From: an uncultured Burkholderiales bacterium
GTDB taxonomy: Bacteria > Vulcanimicrobiota > Xenobia > Xenobiales > QWHO01
Assembly (NCBI GenBank): GCA_964471395.1
Contig: CAYYHB010000004.1
Location: 529-64,528, forward strand
Length of the DNA: 64,000 nt
Direction: 5' to 3'
A program made the translations under genes and the position numbers. How positions within the stretch are numbered: position 1 is the first letter of the stretch; the number at the start of each line of letters is the position of its first letter. The notes beneath the pieces were generated by a model. That model did no database searches and was not told the DNA's origin. It saw only the letters and a list, made by a program, of their open reading frames with translations. Positions 63,684 to 64,000 of this stretch are shown one piece after another.

Positions 63684-64000
63684 CCATCCACGGTCTTCGG
63701 ATCGTGGCCCCATTGAAGCGTCGAAAGTCTCGAGGGGAGCAGGCGAGAATCCCGCTCTCCCATCCACGGTCTTCGGATCGTGGCCCCATTGAAGCAGGAC
63801 CGGCAGAAAGCCAGATGATTTGCAGGCCGTCCATCCACGGTCTTCGGATCGTGGCCCCATTGAAGCTGGGACGGCCACCGCTGGTGACGCCGGGACGGCC
63901 ACCGCCATCCACGGTCTTCGGATCGTGGCCCCATTGAAGCTGCGCATCGCAGACCAGGGAGGCCTCGGCAGCGGTGCGAACACGGAGTTCGGATCGTGGC
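63684..64000 (+). CRISPR. CRISPR array: 36-bp repeats, four complete copies plus a fifth, degenerate copy cut by the window end
   Basis: Repeat ccatccacggtcttcggatcgtggccccattgaagc at 63684, 63760, 63831 and 63905. Spacers of 40, 35, 38 and 35 bp. The fifth copy starts at about 63976 and differs at 6 of the 25 visible positions. Confidence 0.95.

Noticed and set aside
63373-63983. Six ORFs (both strands) running through the leader and CRISPR array, each with recurring peptide strings such as STVFGSWPH or NGATIRRPWM.
   Set aside because: The recurring peptides are simply translations of the 36-bp CRISPR repeat, so these are not genes.

Overview
High-G+C bacterial chromosomal segment; the phylum cannot be resolved from sequence alone. 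I support about 55 protein genes and found no rRNA or tRNA. Several calls needed re-phasing of the ORF track: alternative start codons, one gene open to the window edge, and many long antisense shadow ORFs that I discarded.

Gene content, left to right:
- A partial Ser/Thr kinase, paralogous to a 1759-aa kinase/STAND-ATPase/TPR/GAF/GGDEF protein that sits directly behind a vapBC toxin-antitoxin pair.
- An intracellular-looking lipase with a disordered N-terminus and seven 11-residue C-terminal repeats.
- Housekeeping genes: a RecQ-family helicase, dut, an SDR, a methyltransferase, a quinone oxidoreductase, galT-like, an ABC transporter and nadABC.
- Several operons of orphan, signal-peptide-less, low-complexity proteins.
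- A prepilin-type gene interrupted by an in-frame TGA.
- A PleD-like multi-receiver diguanylate cyclase.

The right end (53.5-64 kb) is visibly less GC-rich. It carries a complete type I-G (formerly I-U) CRISPR-Cas system in the csb1-csb2-cas3-short Cas8u-like order. It also has a divergent cas4/cas1 fusion, cas2, a leader, and a 36-bp-repeat array that runs off the window.

The most checkable unusual signals:
- The cas variant, and the structured lower-GC cassette between its two operons.
- The nadA leader: duplicated TCTTGAC/TTATGCTC modules with mutually exclusive pairings and an ACAACCC element.
- The TGA-interrupted pilin.
- Two adjacent giant orphan proteins that share an N-terminal PxPIDxxxLSxxP motif. 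One of them has a guanidino-modifying (pentein) catalytic signature.

All functional calls rest on motifs read by eye. No database search was run.
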